The notes beneath the pieces are model-generated. The model was not told where the DNA came from, made no database searches, and saw only the letters and a list, made by a program, of their open reading frames with translations. Made by a program: the position numbers and the translations under genes. Source: Nanobdellota archaeon (lineage in GTDB: Archaea > Nanobdellota > Nanobdellia > Woesearchaeales > CAZZGN01). Taken from it: 55,049 nt of DNA. The DNA lies in NCBI GenBank assembly GCA_051819665.1, contig JBNJDG010000004.1, positions 1 to 55,049 on the forward strand. Reading direction: 5' to 3'. Positions 45,882-55,047 of the stretch are shown in pieces; position 1 is the first letter of the stretch; each line of letters starts with the position of its first letter.

Positions 45882-46172
45882 TCATAATCCCTGTTTCTCC
45901 ATCCTCTCCCTGATGATCTTGACAAGCTCTGGATCCATATACTCGAATCTGTCGGGAATTTCAAGAGAGAGGGTCTTATCGGAGGGAAAGAATCGTTTCA
46001 TCCAGTCTTCCATGACAATGATCTTATCTGCCCATTGTTTTGCTGAGTTAGTTACTGGCTTTACGGCCATCGGATGCACTCCTGCGGATTTTGCCTCATA
46101 CTTGTCCTTATATAGTTCTTCTGCAGTCGGACTTCTCTGCAGATTTGCGTGGCAGATGAATAATACTTTCAT
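45882..46172 (-). CDS. Low-molecular-weight phosphotyrosine phosphatase-like protein
   Basis: VLFIC..N..RS.TAE, SAG, WAD.I.VME, L.IPD.F..MDPEL. Confidence 0.88.
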   Translation of the reverse strand: MKVLFICHANLQRSPTAEELYKDKYEAKSAGVHPMAVKPVTNSAKQWADKIIVMEDWMKRFFPSDKTLSLEIPDRFEYMDPELVKIIRERMEKQGL

Positions 46173-46182
46173 TTTTATCACC

Positions 46183-47757
46183 TTATTTAATACAGGTCAT
46201 GTTGATGCATTCATAACCTTTTGCACAATGTTTGTCCTTATAACAGTCTATGCAGGACTCGCTCTTCTCTACACAGGTTTGAGTACCGCCGGTACATCCG
46301 GTGCATTCTTCGTTGCAGTCATCATCAGAAGCGCATTCAGAGGGGCTGTTACCTCCGCTGACGGTGATCGTCTGTGAGAAAGAGCTTATCGGTTCAATGT
46401 CCTTTATATCTTCATTCTCTGTATCATCACATTGTTTTCCTGTTTCTGCTCTTATTATCCTGCAATCATATATATCTATAACATAATTGAAATTTCCTTC
46501 TGAGTAGAAGCTGTCCGTGAATCTTTCATCTACGTATTCTTCTGTCCTGAATGCCCGGTAACTTTTTTCATCGTGCTGATGTATATTTCCAGTTATCATC
46601 TCCTGATATATCCTGTTTGTGCCTTCTTTATTGTAGTTATAAGTGATCAATGTCTCAAGAGGTCCTCCGGAATATTCAATGCTGAAATTCCCTTCTACTG
46701 GTTCTCCCATCTCAAAGTTGGTCCTGTTTATGCCTTCAATCGTTATCTCTCTGTCCAACTCCTTAATGCTTATTATGGGGTATTCGTCCTTTATTGATAC
46801 GAGGGTTATCCTGAGTTCGTCTATGCTGTCATTATCAGTGTCAAGCCCTTTGAACTCGCCGGTGTTGAAGTTCATCTCTGTATTATCATCGAAAATAAGC
46901 CTTGCGCTTTCCTTTCCGGTTTTCCCGGATATAAGAGTGTGCTCTTCACCTTTATGATCAAAGGAGGTCTTGTGTTTGAGCTTTATATTTGTAATATTAT
47001 CTAAGCTGATGTATGCTATATTCTCGCATCTGGCTTTCTTGGTTGAGGGTTTCTTGCATGTATCCTTTGTGGCACGATACCCGTCATTGCAGTCTGCATC
47101 ATTACAGCATTCGTATGAGATACATGATTTGTTCTCTTTGAATTGGCAGTCTCCACAGGTAAGGCTTTCGATATTACCTTTTTCACCAGTGTCTGTTTCT
47201 TTCCCTTCTTCTTCCCCGATAGGATTCGTTAAGAACGATATGAGGACAATGGAGATGATTATCATGAAGACCGCTCCGATGATGATCTTTTCGTATGACT
47301 TCTGCTTATTTTTGTCTTTATTCTTGTTTTCTTTCCCCTCTTCTTCCTTGTCTTGTCCGGTTTTCTTTTTCTGCTCAATCTTTTCAAGGTATTCCTTTGA
47401 GGGTTTTGGCGGAGCTGGAGGGTTGTTATTGAGCTTATCTTTCTGTTCACTCTTCTCTTTTGATCCCTTTTTCCCTTTTTGGCCTTTATTATCCTTTGCT
47501 GATCGTTTATTTTCTTCTAATTTCTCAGGGTTTTTTTTGGAGGAACCGGGAGGAGAGGTATTATTGGCCTTGGGCTCATCTTTCTTTGTTGTTTTCTTCT
47601 TTGATTCTTTTTTCTTTGATCCTGCTTTCTCAGTCTTATCTTCGCTCTTTTCCTTAGAATCTGCTTTTTTTTCTTTCTCCTCTTCCTTGATGATATCTTC
47701 AGGAGAGACAGAATGATCCTTCTTATACCTCTTACCATACTTCATCAAAAAAGACAT
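46183..47757 (-). CDS. Single-pass membrane protein with a Lys/Glu-rich disordered cytoplasmic domain and Cys-rich ectodomain
   Basis: ~155 aa low-complexity N-terminus, TM, CC..DADC.D repeats, Cys-rich C-terminus. Confidence 0.78.
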   Translation of the reverse strand: MSFLMKYGKRYKKDHSVSPEDIIKEEEKEKKADSKEKSEDKTEKAGSKKKESKKKTTKKDEPKANNTSPPGSSKKNPEKLEENKRSAKDNKGQKGKKGSKEKSEQKDKLNNNPPAPPKPSKEYLEKIEQKKKTGQDKEEEGKENKNKDKNKQKSYEKIIIGAVFMIIISIVLISFLTNPIGEEEGKETDTGEKGNIESLTCGDCQFKENKSCISYECCNDADCNDGYRATKDTCKKPSTKKARCENIAYISLDNITNIKLKHKTSFDHKGEEHTLISGKTGKESARLIFDDNTEMNFNTGEFKGLDTDNDSIDELRITLVSIKDEYPIISIKELDREITIEGINRTNFEMGEPVEGNFSIEYSGGPLETLITYNYNKEGTNRIYQEMITGNIHQHDEKSYRAFRTEEYVDERFTDSFYSEGNFNYVIDIYDCRIIRAETGKQCDDTENEDIKDIEPISSFSQTITVSGGNSPSECASDDDCNEECTGCTGGTQTCVEKSESCIDCYKDKHCAKGYECINMTCIK

Positions 47758-47780
47758 ACAGTAGAATTTTCAATATGGAT

Positions 47781-48290
47781 TTAAATAACTTTCGCCGGGA
47801 TGAATTTGAGGAAGCTCTGTTTGGGCATTATGTGTTCATCATCGAGTTTATAGCCCGCTTCAGTCAGCTCGTTTATGATCCTCTCTCTCGGGGTACCATG
47901 GCCTTTTTCCTTCTCCCAGTCGATAATCACAAGCTCACCTTTGAGGTATTGTTTAAGGTTCCTGAAATAGTTCACCCTGTCAGTAAGATGATGGTAGACA
48001 TTCCTCATGAAAATGAGGTCCATCTTCCCGGGGAGTTCTGTTGATTCCTCCACGAGGATGGTCTGGACATTATCGAATCTCCAGGTCTTCTTTTTCACAT
48101 GCTCGAGCAATTTCCTGTCCACATCCACAGCATAGACCTTCTTTGCTCTCTTTGCGAATTCCTTTGTGAGAAGCCCTCCTCCTGGACCTATATCGGCAAC
48201 TATGCTGTTCTCATCAATATCCAGCCTTTCAAGGATCATGTCCTTGTATCTTTTCGCTTTCCAGTTGAATAATCTTCCCATGAAGCTCAT
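47781..48290 (-). CDS. Class I SAM-dependent methyltransferase
   Basis: VADIGPGGG, VYAVDVD, DLIF...VYHHL, G.LVIIDW, AGY. Confidence 0.9.
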   Translation of the reverse strand: MSFMGRLFNWKAKRYKDMILERLDIDENSIVADIGPGGGLLTKEFAKRAKKVYAVDVDRKLLEHVKKKTWRFDNVQTILVEESTELPGKMDLIFMRNVYHHLTDRVNYFRNLKQYLKGELVIIDWEKEKGHGTPRERIINELTEAGYKLDDEHIMPKQSFLKFIPAKVI

Positions 48291-48413
48291 TTTATATGGG
48301 AATAGTTGTTTATATTTATAAAACTATTCCGGAATCGGACCCATTATATTTCTAACAGGCTCATATAGAAAGATTTTTTTATATCCTCCTTAACCTAAAC
48401 GTGAAATAATTCA

Positions 48414-48487
48414 GGGGCCGTGTTGTAGCTTGGCTATCATCGGTGGTTCGGGGCCACCCGACCGGAGTTCGAATCTCCGCGGCCCCA
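48414..48487 (+). tRNA. tRNA-Pro (CGG)
   Basis: GGGGCCG/CGGCCCC acceptor, GGTGG-TTCGGGG-CCACC anticodon arm, CGGAG-TTCGAAT-CTCCG T arm. Confidence 0.93.
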
Positions 48488-48495
48488 TCTCGTTT

Positions 48496-49611
48496 TCATT
48501 CTTTGGCAAGCTTATATATCTGATAGACGTCCTCTTCCCCGAGAGGCAGATAACTGCCAATCTTCCTTTTGCCGGCAGCTTTCTTCGAAAGTTCTCTCAG
48601 TTTGTCATCATCTATATTGTGCCTTACAGGCATGCCTATGTCTTTGAAGAATCCTTCGAGGTCTTCTATAGAACTGAAGACTTTAGAGAAAAACCTGTCG
48701 AATTTCTTCGGGTTCCTCTCTTTTACGTATCTCATCCAGGCGGGGAACATTATTGCAAGCCCTGCGCCATGGGCAAGGTCATTATAGGCAGAGATCTCGT
48801 GCTCTATCATATGGGTGGCCCAGTCTCCCGGACCTGTAGCTGTATTCAGCATCCCGTTATGTGCTATGGTGGAACACCACATGAGATTGGCTCTGGTGTC
48901 ATAATCATCTGGTTTATCAAACACCTTGTAAGCGTTCTTCTTTATGGTCCTCAGCACGCCTTCGCAGAGTTCATCTGTTATCCCTGAGTCATCATCGTTC
49001 ACGAAATATCTTTCGAATAGATGGGCCATCATATCAACGATACCGCAGGCAGTCTGATAATTTGGCAAGGTATATGTTATCTCGGGATTCAGAATGGAGA
49101 ATACAGGCCTCATGCATTGTGCCCCTGTACCTTTCTTCTCATTGGTCTTCTCGTTTGTGATAACTGAATTCATGCTCCCTTCGCTTCCGGCTGCTGGTAT
49201 AGTCAGGACTGTTCCGACCTTTAATGCTTCCTTTGGCTTGCTGCCTGTATAGAAATCCCAGACATCCCCTTCGTATTTAGTTCCTATTGAGATGGCCTTG
49301 GCAGAGTCGATGACGCTTCCTCCGCCTACAGCAAGTACGAAGTCTATATCCTTCTCCCTGCATATCCTGATCCCCTCTTTCACGAGGTCCAGTCTCGGGT
49401 TTGGAACAACTCCCGGAAGTTCGGTGAAGTTTATTCCCTCTTGCTTCAGGGCTTTGATTATCTTATCATAAAGGCCGGTCTTCTTGATGCTTCCCTGCCC
49501 GTAATGGAGGAGTATATTGGTGGAATGTTTTTTTACCTCTTTTCCCACTTCCTCTTCTTTGTCCTTGCCGAATATGTATTTAGTGTTTAAGTGTAGATTG
49601 AAGTCTCTCAT
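48496..49611 (-). CDS. Iron-containing alcohol (butanol) dehydrogenase, bacterial Bdh/YugJ-like
   Basis: YGQGSIK, PNPR, AVGGGSVIDSAK, LTIPAAGSE, DMMAH..ERYF, DWATH.IEHE.SA..D.AHGAGLA. Confidence 0.93.
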   Translation of the reverse strand: MRDFNLHLNTKYIFGKDKEEEVGKEVKKHSTNILLHYGQGSIKKTGLYDKIIKALKQEGINFTELPGVVPNPRLDLVKEGIRICREKDIDFVLAVGGGSVIDSAKAISIGTKYEGDVWDFYTGSKPKEALKVGTVLTIPAAGSEGSMNSVITNEKTNEKKGTGAQCMRPVFSILNPEITYTLPNYQTACGIVDMMAHLFERYFVNDDDSGITDELCEGVLRTIKKNAYKVFDKPDDYDTRANLMWCSTIAHNGMLNTATGPGDWATHMIEHEISAYNDLAHGAGLAIMFPAWMRYVKERNPKKFDRFFSKVFSSIEDLEGFFKDIGMPVRHNIDDDKLRELSKKAAGKRKIGSYLPLGEEDVYQIYKLAKE

Positions 49612-49768
49612 AGATTAAGAGGAGAAGAATTGTTCATATTTAAGTTTTGAGGAACTCTGGAGAGAATAATAAATCAGGGCTTATGTTTTCTGTTATGATA
49701 CATTAATTGTTACTTTTTAGTAACACAAAAAGGAAAAAATTATAAAAGGCATATGCTCTCCCTATAAT

Positions 49769-50191
49769 ATGCCGGAAGATTATGAAATAGGCGCTGATGA
49801 AACAGCTGAAGTTTACCCTCCTGATATGGCATGGACAGGTGGAATTGATACCTGTCTGGGTGTTGGGATAGTGAATGATAAGAAAGGTTATCTCGGGCAT
49901 TTTTATGGTGGGGAGGAGTACAGAGCTTATGAGCTGATTGACAGAGCGATAGAGGAATCCGGAAGCATTAGTGATCTGGAGGTAGTTCTTGTGGGCAATA
50001 AGCCGGTGGATGTGTATGACCGGAAATTCTTGGATAATCATAAGAGGGAAAAGAAAGACTTGGTTGGTTATGTTGAGGAAAAGGGAATAGAGTTCAGGAA
50101 CGAATTAGAGAAAAATCCAGATGGTCCTTCCTACACTTTAACAGTCGATCCCGGAAGGGGTGTGATTGATGTGGCGGAGGATTATCTCTGA
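49769..50191 (+). CDS. CheD-like (Cys/His deamidase fold) protein
   Basis: TGGIDTCLGVGIV......LGHF and VLVG resemble CheD TxGLGSC...H motifs. Confidence 0.55.
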   Translation: MPEDYEIGADETAEVYPPDMAWTGGIDTCLGVGIVNDKKGYLGHFYGGEEYRAYELIDRAIEESGSISDLEVVLVGNKPVDVYDRKFLDNHKREKKDLVGYVEEKGIEFRNELEKNPDGPSYTLTVDPGRGVIDVAEDYL

Positions 50192-50238
50192 ATTATTCTT
50201 CGTAAAATATTAAAGAGAGATATCACTATAAGGTATTT

Positions 50239-51027
50239 ATGATAATATCCAACAAGGATCTTGACTATAAAGGGGATTATGTAAGCATCTCTAAAGAGCA
50301 TACTCATGAGATAATCTCCGGGAACAGGAATGAAGAAAGGGTAATAATGGCCGGTGGTGATGGCACAGCAAGCACCGGCCTGGATGCGTTTCTTAAGAAC
50401 GGTATGGAGGAAAAAACATTCGGGATATATCCTCTTGGCTCGGGTAATGATTTCGCTTTGAATGCTCTCGATGATAAGGTCAGGAAAGTCGATGTAGGTT
50501 ATTACAATAATGACCATTTCCTTAATATTTTCGGAATGGGTCTGGTTGCTGATGTTGTGGAAAGAGCCGGATCCTACCAGGGAATGTCTTCGAGGTATAA
50601 ATTGGCTGCTATGAGATCATTGTTTGGAGGGATGCCCTCTACAAGGATAAAGGATCTTGAGATAAATGGTGAGAAAGTAAGTACAGAAGGAGAATATAGT
50701 ATGTTCATGCTCATGAATACTGAAAAGGCAGGCAATGGTATGAGGTTCAATCCTGAAGGGAATCCTTATGACGGCACTTTCGAATTCTTCGCTCTCAGGA
50801 AGGATTATCCAAGTACCTTATGGATGCTCCTCAATCTTTCCTTAGGCAGACCTACACATCTTGTCTCTGATAAGGTCCTTTACAGGAGAGGTGTCAGGAG
50901 ACTGAGCCTGGAGAATGAAAAGCCTCTTCCTGCACAGAAGGATGGTGAGACTCTTGGGTATATGGATAAGGTAGATGCGGGTTTTTATAAGAAAGTAAAT
51001 ATGTTCAGATACTTCAAAGAAGATTGA
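50239..51027 (+). CDS. Diacylglycerol/lipid kinase family (YegS/DgkB-like)
   Basis: AGGDGT, P.GSGNDFA, DVG, F.N..G.G..A, N....G.G, DG, Q.DGE. Confidence 0.88.
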   Translation: MIISNKDLDYKGDYVSISKEHTHEIISGNRNEERVIMAGGDGTASTGLDAFLKNGMEEKTFGIYPLGSGNDFALNALDDKVRKVDVGYYNNDHFLNIFGMGLVADVVERAGSYQGMSSRYKLAAMRSLFGGMPSTRIKDLEINGEKVSTEGEYSMFMLMNTEKAGNGMRFNPEGNPYDGTFEFFALRKDYPSTLWMLLNLSLGRPTHLVSDKVLYRRGVRRLSLENEKPLPAQKDGETLGYMDKVDAGFYKKVNMFRYFKED

Positions 51028-51081
51028 AGTTATAGAATAGTTTTTATATTAATTATGTTTCTCTTTCTCCAGGTGATATTC

Positions 51082-51336
51082 ATGAGGTATGTTTTGATAG
51101 CTTTGGTAGCCATGGTCGTTTTGACAGCATGCACTACAGCTCCGAGTAATGAAACTGAATGTGCAGAGGCCGGCGGACAATGGTTAAGCCAGTACAATGA
51201 ATGTGAAGGCATTACAGAAGAGCAGTGCAATCAGATGGATGGAGAATTCGATAACTGCGCTTCTGCCTGCAGGCATGACCCGGATGCGGATGTATGCACA
51301 AAACAATGTGTCCTTGTATGCAAGGTAGCGGAATGA
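51082..51336 (+). CDS. Small Cys-rich putative lipoprotein
   Basis: AGGTGA SD; lipobox-like LTAC; eight further Cys (C..AGG.W, C...CR, CTKQC..VC). Confidence 0.75.
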   Translation: MRYVLIALVAMVVLTACTTAPSNETECAEAGGQWLSQYNECEGITEEQCNQMDGEFDNCASACRHDPDADVCTKQCVLVCKVAE

Positions 51337-51343
51337 TTATAGG

Positions 51344-52780
51344 TTATTTGTAGGTTATCCGCTCTCCGTTATAGGCTTTGAAGGTTAGTTCATTTCCCTG
51401 CTCTAATCTTCCTACAACTTTATTTTTAAGACCGTACTTGTCAAGTACCTTAGAAGCTTCATCCGGATCTCTTGTCGCTATGAAGCCATCATTTCCCATA
51501 GGCCAGCTCCGGTATGCTTCGGATGCTTTGCTTCCGTCCAGTTCTATCATCTCTTTATCCACTTCACTGGGATGGAAGATGTTATGAAGTTCAGCACCAA
51601 GGTCATGCTTGGCCAGCTTTTTTTGTAGTTTCCCTTCAAATGAGCCGCCGCTCATGTGTGTGAAAAAAGTAGCATAACCGTTCTTTGCGAGTTCCATTAC
51701 AGCCGGGTAAAGAAAAGTAGAAGGCCTTGTCAGATATTCCATCCATGGTTGCATATCATCTCTTTTGTGATAGTTATCACCAAAATGTTTCTTCATTGTA
51801 CTTCTCCTTGCACTTATGCCATTTGATCTCGTGTTAGGTTTATCAGAGCTTATAGCAATAAGATAATCTCCTTCACTGAGAGAGTTCAACTGATCGTAAA
51901 GGTCTTCATTCAGTTTGCCAACAACATTGCCGCTAACATTGTGTCCATATCTCTTATCGAAACCCTGAAGCCTTCCGTCAACAAATATAGGCAAGAGGTC
52001 ATAAGCAAAATCACCAGTCTCTGATATGAATGAAGCATGATGGAAAGCTTTCTGTAATTTATCCATTGGTACTTTGCTGCTCAATTCAAGTATATCCTGC
52101 ATGGCCTTTATCTCCGATCCGACCCTTCCAGCATCATCCGTTTTCATTACAGCTGAATCCTGTACTGCCGGCCCTATTATACCGGCTCTTTCAGAGAACT
52201 CAGGTTTTGTGCCAACACCGTCAGAATTCATGTAGAATGGGCCATTGTCATCAAGTCTCCTATAGATTGTGCCTTTCTTTAGGGAAGGCGGGAACTTGAA
52301 AGGGACTATGCTTATCATCATGCCTGACAAGTTTATCCTGTATTTATTATTGACCCTGTCTCCCAGTTTTGCCCACTCGCCGTTAAGATAAGCGAAATCA
52401 TACTCTCTGGCCTTGTTTTCCAGTGTTTCTCCCAGCTTTTCGGCAAGTTTTTTATCATCATCGTGAGAGTCAACTACACATGAGAATGCAAGAGGTGAAC
52501 CACGTATATTCTTAGAATCATTGACAAGTTTTTCTATAAGCGATTCAGTGTATTTCCCTGGCTTTTTCTCTTTACTGTCACCTGTTGCAGAATGAACTAC
52601 ACCTATATAACCTTCAGGAACATTAACTGTTGCAACACCGCCCATACCAGGAGCAAGAATTCTGACATTGTCATTATCCCATGTTTTAGTTGCATGCTTC
52701 GCCATTATGGAAGAAACATCGTCACCTTCTTCCTGGAACTTTTTATGGTATTCATCCAAAGAGATCTCATCGTCTGCCAT
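51344..52780 (-). CDS. PurM/AIR-synthase-like protein with an extra N-terminal PurM-like domain
   Basis: SDGVGTK, SNG.S..R, L..PS..Y, THMSGG, W.MG.G....; a first domain with LNGEWA.L..SG. Confidence 0.7.
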   Translation of the reverse strand: MADDEISLDEYHKKFQEEGDDVSSIMAKHATKTWDNDNVRILAPGMGGVATVNVPEGYIGVVHSATGDSKEKKPGKYTESLIEKLVNDSKNIRGSPLAFSCVVDSHDDDKKLAEKLGETLENKAREYDFAYLNGEWAKLGDRVNNKYRINLSGMMISIVPFKFPPSLKKGTIYRRLDDNGPFYMNSDGVGTKPEFSERAGIIGPAVQDSAVMKTDDAGRVGSEIKAMQDILELSSKVPMDKLQKAFHHASFISETGDFAYDLLPIFVDGRLQGFDKRYGHNVSGNVVGKLNEDLYDQLNSLSEGDYLIAISSDKPNTRSNGISARRSTMKKHFGDNYHKRDDMQPWMEYLTRPSTFLYPAVMELAKNGYATFFTHMSGGSFEGKLQKKLAKHDLGAELHNIFHPSEVDKEMIELDGSKASEAYRSWPMGNDGFIATRDPDEASKVLDKYGLKNKVVGRLEQGNELTFKAYNGERITYK

Positions 52781-52856
52781 ATTACTACTCTCTGTTAGAA
52801 ACAACTATTTAATTCTTTCGTTAATATTTATGGTTGATCTTTCACTTATTTTCCAT

Positions 52857-53018
52857 ATGTCTGAACGAATCATCATTGATTCATTAGCTACAGACGGAAC
52901 TTCAATGCTGGCTTTGTTGTTACCGATGATAATAGTTGATGTAATTCTTATGACTATAGGTATGGTGATTTTATATCATCTGGGCGGCTGGCTGAGAAGT
53001 CTGTTTAGGAGTTCATAA
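52857..53018 (+). CDS. Possible small membrane protein
   Basis: 53 aa with one TM segment, TATA ~25 nt upstream; overlaps the 3' end of the next gene. Confidence 0.35.
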   Translation: MSERIIIDSLATDGTSMLALLLPMIIVDVILMTIGMVILYHLGGWLRSLFRSS

Positions 53019-53344
53019 CCTATCGCTTCCATCTCGTGCCTTATATCCTGGCAGGGTTCTTTAGCTAAGATTATATTTTTTCCCTTATTATAGGCCATGC
53101 CTATCTCCATAAGGGTGTTCGTCCCAGGCTTTGAATAATTGGCCACTATTATTCCGTCTGCCCATTCAAGGTTTTTATTGAATTCCTCCATCGCTTTCCT
53201 TTTCTCTTCTATTGGTATGGGCTCCGGAAGGTCCTTATTCTCAGGTTTTCTGACTTGATGGCCTTTCTCCTCAAGCTCCTGTATTATTTTATCAAATTTT
53301 TCATAATGCTTCATGCTGCCTATAATTATGTATCTCATGTGCAT
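52976..53344 (-). CDS. Nucleoside 2-deoxyribosyltransferase-like protein
   Basis: IIGSM, L...G..V..P, ADGIIV.N, NTLMEIGMAY..GK.I. Confidence 0.75.
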   Translation of the reverse strand: MHMRYIIIGSMKHYEKFDKIIQELEEKGHQVRKPENKDLPEPIPIEEKRKAMEEFNKNLEWADGIIVANYSKPGTNTLMEIGMAYNKGKNIILAKEPCQDIRHEMEAIGYELLNRLLSQPPR

Positions 53345-53915
53345 TCCCTGTTCTTTTTTTATTTTTAAATATTCTCATTGCTTCATTCTGGATCTCTATA
53401 AGTTCTTCATTGTTGACCTTAGATACTTTATCATACATCAATCCCCCATATTTTCCATCTGAGGTCTTGTATCTTGGCATGTAATCATTACCAAAGAAAT
53501 CTTCACACATCTTTGTGTTAGGATACAATTTAACTATATTTATTCCAATATAATCCCAAGGCAATCTTAGTGCTTGATTCACTGTATTATAGACTTCTTC
53601 TAAAGTCTCATCAGGAAAACCGATCATATAGAAACCCTTTAACTCTAGCTCCCTTGGTTTATTCTTGAATAATTCCTCAACATGCATAGACCTATGGGAT
53701 TTTCTTATTTTTCTCAGTATACCATCGTTCGCTGATTCTGCACCAATTGATACTTTGTATACACCATATCCGGGAAGTTCATCCTTGATAGAATTTATCT
53801 TTCTTACTTTTCCCATGGCTCTTGTTTTGAAACCGTTCTCTTTTAATCTGCTCAATATATCTCTGTAATTTCCCGAAAAAAGGTTATCATCAAGAAAATG
53901 TACTTTGTTTGTATT
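53301..53915 (-). pseudogene. C-terminal remnant of a class-B-type radical SAM gene
   Basis: The frame extends upstream of the listed start through VHFLDDNLF; GAES.ND.IL..I.K, FYMIGFPDET and YPNT present; no CxxxCxxC. Confidence 0.75.
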
Positions 53916-54244
53916 TTTGCTATGTTTTTCAATATATCATCTGTGAGTGTTTTTATCTTTTTTCCATTACAGAAGCTTTCAATAAGCATTCCTTTCTCAA
54001 AATAAACTGGTTTTGGTGCATGAAAACCATCTAATATCTTGAGCGTCTTGTATTCATTATAGAGATTTCCTTTTCCTGAATCATCATTATTTATTCTTAT
54101 AATATATCTCTTGGAATCTATCTGAAGAATATAATTCTCATTATAACATCCTGTAGCCAGTTTTTCTATCTTGGGTTTCTGGATCTTATCTACATCAAAC
54201 ACAGAAGGATCCAGGGAAAGGATATACTCTTTTAATCTCTCCAT
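53916..54244 (-). pseudogene. N-terminal remnant of an APH/choline-kinase-like phosphotransferase
   Basis: LATG..NENY, YIIRI, NEYKTL..L, AP.P, LIESF..G; ends before the HGD catalytic loop. Confidence 0.7.
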
Positions 54245-54322
54245 AGCTAAAAATCAAGAAGGCACTTATATAAATTTAAAGAAATCAATCCGGTTTAGTG
54301 AGCGAGGTTTTCTTCAGGGGTC

Positions 54323-54809
54323 TTATATCCATCTGGGTATCCTTTTTTTATAATCAGTATAATCCTTTCCGAATTTTTTCTTGAGGTTCGGTTCCTCTAT
54401 ATGAACAACATAGGCATGTATAAGAGCAAATATAAGTATTGTATAAGATATGAGAATAAGCGCTCCTGTCAGGAAGGCCTCTCCAAGGACGATCATTATA
54501 TATCCTATGTACATTGGATTCCTGCTATATCTTGTCTTTTACGAGTTTCTTGGTGGGCACATATGGGGGGGGAGTGCCTTTCCCTTTTTTTATAAAAAAG
54601 CTGAAGCAAAGGAAGAATATAATAAGACCGAAGGTTATGAGAACGCTTCCTGTGATCATACCGGCAATAGTTGGATGAGGGTTTATTCCTATTATCCTGC
54701 CTAATTTAATCAATGAATATGGAATAACTACAAAGAAAACTGATGCTACTAGAAAAGCTCCTGCCAGGGCTTTCATGATTTTTTTTATATCCATTCTTGT
54801 GGTCCTCAT
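54323..54809 (-). pseudogene. Frameshifted isoprenylcysteine/phospholipid methyltransferase (ICMT/PEMT) family gene
   Basis: GKGTP.P..P.KKLVKD in one frame; RYSRNPMYIG...EE..L..KFG..Y..Y...IPRW continues in another frame. Confidence 0.8.
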
Positions 54810-54818
54810 TTTGTGTTA

Positions 54819-54892
54819 CACCCGTGCCGGGATTCGAACCCGGGTCTCAGCCTCCGCAGGGCTGTGTACTGTCCAGACTATACTACACGGGT
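54819..54892 (-). tRNA. tRNA-Arg (GCG)
   Basis: ACCCGTG/CACGGGT acceptor, discriminator G, CAGCC-CTGCGGA-GGCTG anticodon arm, CCGGG-TTCGAAT-CCCGG T arm. Confidence 0.93.
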
Positions 54893-54972
54893 ATGTTTAC
54901 AGCAAGATTTCTATGATTATTATAAATCTTTCTGTGTTAAAATCATTAAACAGCTGTTAAATAGGATTAACA

Positions 54973-55047
54973 TCACCATGCTATCGTAGAGGGCGCTTTC
55001 CTGCCTACAGGCTCAACGTCTTCAATAGTAAAACCTGCCTTCTTTAA
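54973..55047 (-). CDS. 3' end of a gene running off the window (possibly a methyltransferase)
   Basis: Reads LKKAGFTIEDVEPVGRKAPSTIAW-stop; LxxAGF is common at methyltransferase C-termini. Confidence 0.35.
   Translation of the reverse strand, partial: LKKAGFTIEDVEPVGRKAPSTIAW

Noticed and set aside
48414-54892. Integrated element bounded by tRNA-Pro or tRNA-Arg att sites
   Set aside because: I found no duplicated tRNA 3' end and no integrase; only composition and gene decay suggest foreign origin.
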